Positions 61,972 to 64,000 of a stretch of 64,000 nt of DNA are shown one piece after another. A model generated the notes under the pieces. That model saw only the letters and a list, made by a program, of their open reading frames with translations, made no database searches and was not told the DNA's origin. The stretch's first letter is position 1; each line of letters starts with the position of its first letter. The stretch covers positions 61,170 through 125,169 of the forward strand of contig JAFQZK010000025.1 of assembly GCA_017405965.1 (NCBI GenBank), written 5' to 3'. The position numbers and the translations under genes are program-made. This stretch comes from Muribaculaceae bacterium. GTDB taxonomy: Bacteria > Bacteroidota > Bacteroidia > Bacteroidales > Muribaculaceae.

Positions 61972-62901
61972 CTACCGGTTGAGGTATTCCTTCACGTCGA
62001 TGGCGGCGCGGCAACCTCCAGCGGCAGCTACGATGGCCTGGCGGTAGTGCGGGTCGGCGACATCACCGGCGGCAAACACACCCTCAACATTGGTGGCCGT
62101 GTTGTGGCCTGTCAATTTGATATAGCCCTGCTCGTCAAGGTCAATCTGTCCACCCAGGAAGTCGGTGTTGGGACGGTGGCCGATGGCCAGGAAGAAGCCG
62201 TCGATGGCGATATCGAACAGTTCCTCCTTGTCGGTTCCCTTGAAGCGTACCAGGTGGGCACCTTCCACGCCGTTGTCACCGAACAGGCCTACGGTGTTGG
62301 TGTTGAACAGGATTTCGATTTTCTCGTTCTCCTTGACGCGCTGCTGCATGGCCTCGCTGGCACGCAGGTAGTCCTTGCGCACGATCAGATAGACCTTGCT
62401 GGCCAGGTGGCTCAGGTAATCGGCCTCCTCACAGGCGGTGTCACCACCACCCACCACGGCCACGACCTTCTTGCGGTAGAAGAAACCGTCGCAGGTCGCA
62501 CAGGCCGAAACGCCCTGGCCCGCATATTTCGTCTCGTCGGGCAAGCCCAGGTATTTGGCGGTGGCCCCGGTAGCCACGATCACGGTGTCGGCCGTCATCT
62601 GCTCGCCGCCGTCCAGGGTGACCAGGAACGGGCGCTGGCTCATGTCGATACCAGCCACGAGGCCCGATTTCATCTTGGCGCCCAGGTTCACGGCCTGCTG
62701 GCGCATGTTGTCCATCAGCTGGAAGCCGTCAACACCCTCGGGGAAGCCCGGGTAATTCTCGATAGTGGTCGTTTGGGTGAGCTGGCCGCCCACTTGCAGG
62801 CCCTCGATGAGCAGGCAGTCGATGGCTGAACGCACCAGGTAAATCGCAGCGGTGTAACCGGCAGGGCCGGAACCGATAATCAAACACTTTGTATGGTTCA
62901 T
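61972..62901 (-). CDS. trxB: Thioredoxin-disulfide reductase
   Basis: GSGPAGYTAAIY (FAD), redox-active CATCDGFFY, VVGGGDTACEEA (NADPH) and GVFAAGDV. Confidence 0.95.
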   Translation of the reverse strand: MNHTKCLIIGSGPAGYTAAIYLVRSAIDCLLIEGLQVGGQLTQTTTIENYPGFPEGVDGFQLMDNMRQQAVNLGAKMKSGLVAGIDMSQRPFLVTLDGGEQMTADTVIVATGATAKYLGLPDETKYAGQGVSACATCDGFFYRKKVVAVVGGGDTACEEADYLSHLASKVYLIVRKDYLRASEAMQQRVKENEKIEILFNTNTVGLFGDNGVEGAHLVRFKGTDKEELFDIAIDGFFLAIGHRPNTDFLGGQIDLDEQGYIKLTGHNTATNVEGVFAAGDVADPHYRQAIVAAAGGCRAAIDVKEYLNR

Positions 62902-62907
62902 ATTAAT

Positions 62908-62998
62908 TAGAAGTTAAGAGTCAGAAGTTAGGAGTTAGGAGTCAGAAGTCAGGATTTGTAACTGTTCTCTGTTAACTGTTAACTGTTCACTGTTAACT
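62908..62998. repeat. Two adjacent short-period degenerate tandem repeat blocks (about 8-bp agaagtta/ggagttag words, then 7-9-bp ctgttaa words)
   Basis: agaagttaagagtcagaagttaggagttaggagtcagaagtcagga, then taactgttctctgttaactgttaactgttcactgttaac. Confidence 0.7.
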
Positions 62999-64000
62999 AT
63001 TTCAACACCTCGTCGAGGTAATCGTAGAAGGCAGGATCCTCGCCCACGATGACCTTAGCCACCTTGCCCTCGGGGTCAATGACGACCTTAGTGGGAAATC
63101 CGCGAACAGCGTACATCTCCAAAGGATTGTCACCCTTTTCTTTGTCCCAATAGACATGCAGCCAGGGTATTTCATGCTTGGCAACAGCGGCTTTCCACTT
63201 CTCGACCGTGTCGTTGCAGTCCACACCGAGGATTTCCAGTTTGTCCTGATACTTGGCATAGTATTCCTTCATTCTAGGCATGCCCTTGATGCACCAGCTG
63301 CACCATGAGCCCCAGAAGTCGAGAATCACCCACTTGCCACGCAGCGAACTCAGTGCCAGCGGCTTGCCGTTGATGTCATTGAGCGTGAAGTCGGGGGCCA
63401 AATTACCCTCAAGTCCCTCTTGGAGTGCCTGATTGGCTTCTTCCTTCTCGATAGCGGCAAGAAGGCTCTTGTACATGTTGGCGGCAACGCTGTTACGGGC
63501 ACGCTCGGTCAGCAACGCTGCACCTTCCTTGATGTGCTCGGCGTCTTCGCCCAAGTCGGAGAGCAGCATCGCCGATGCATCAGCATCGGGATGAGCCTTG
63601 ACATAGCCCAGCACCGCATCGGCCAGAGCCTGTTCCAGAGCGGGATATTTCTCCTCAAATTCTTTGTTTATCTCCTCCTCGGGGACACCTGCCATGAACT
63701 TGTTCTGGCACTCCTTCATGAAGGCTCGAGCCGCTTCTTGAGGGGCCTTGATCAGATTGGAGGCCTCATCATAGTCGCGATAGAACTGTGAGCCGCCCAT
63801 GGTGTAATCTTCGCCTGCGCCATTGATGACCGCATGCTCACCAGGTAAAGCAGGAATGGCAAACCCATTCTCAGCACTCAATTGGCCATCTTTCAGGCCG
63901 AACACATAGAGCATCGCTACATCATTCAGGTCAAATGCCATGTCGATCTTGTCCCCATCGATGGCACGAGTCTCCTGAAGCAGCATTTCACCGCTGCCAG
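62997..64000 (-). CDS. TlpA/AhpC-family thioredoxin-fold disulfide oxidoreductase; N-terminus lies beyond the window end
   Basis: C-terminal thioredoxin fold WVILDFWGSWCSWCIKGMP (CxxC) ...GFPTKVVIDPEGKV. The frame stays open past the listed ATG to base 64000. Confidence 0.75.
   Translation of the reverse strand, partial: GSGEMLLQETRAIDGDKIDMAFDLNDVAMLYVFGLKDGQLSAENGFAIPALPGEHAVINGAGEDYTMGGSQFYRDYDEASNLIKAPQEAARAFMKECQNKFMAGVPEEEINKEFEEKYPALEQALADAVLGYVKAHPDADASAMLLSDLGEDAEHIKEGAALLTERARNSVAANMYKSLLAAIEKEEANQALQEGLEGNLAPDFTLNDINGKPLALSSLRGKWVILDFWGSWCSWCIKGMPRMKEYYAKYQDKLEILGVDCNDTVEKWKAAVAKHEIPWLHVYWDKEKGDNPLEMYAVRGFPTKVVIDPEGKVAKVIVGEDPAFYDYLDEVLK

Overview
This is a chromosomal segment of a Bacteroidota genome, probably Prevotellaceae-like. 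The evidence is the high GC content, TAnnTTTG -7 promoter boxes about 25-60 bp upstream of many starts, A-rich leaders without Shine-Dalgarno sites, a SusC/SusD pair, PorQ and C10 peptidases. I support about 55 protein genes and found no rRNA, tRNA or CRISPR array. All product calls come from motifs read in the translations; no database search was possible.

Housekeeping genes (manA, mltG, mtgA, rsmD, ettA, panCD, ffh, glnS, tsaC, fmt, trxB) are interleaved with accessory material. The ORF track labels TTG/GTG starts as M, so several starts were moved to the ATG that sits behind a -7 box.

Main observations:
1. Five signal-peptide hydrolases of three unrelated catalytic classes all end in a tandem dockerin-type-I-like Ca-binding repeat pair, and I recognise no T9SS C-terminal domain after it. 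They are three C10 streptopain-like cysteine peptidases, one M6-like metallopeptidase and one GHL10-like glycosidase. Two of them sit in back-to-back operons, each behind a small lipoprotein gene.
2. A Hanks-type kinase fused to a classical AAA+ ATPase is translationally coupled to a DoxX/MauE-like membrane protein and followed by a YbjN-like gene.
3. A REP-associated tyrosine transposase (RAYT) cassette has ~135-bp hairpin-rich inverted arms and is bracketed by a perfect 50-bp direct repeat in a divergent promoter region.
4. A nested-palindrome intergenic element of 146 bp has a truncated second copy elsewhere in the window.
5. A ~3.7-kb segmental duplication carries two of the C10 peptidase genes together with their promoters and terminators.
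6. Lower-interest items include a PAP2 phosphatase fused to an OM beta-barrel-like domain, an orphan beta-class DNA methyltransferase directly behind ffh, a SusCD pair packed in one gene string with a Fur-family regulator, and 7-9-bp periodic tandem repeats in many intergenic spacers.
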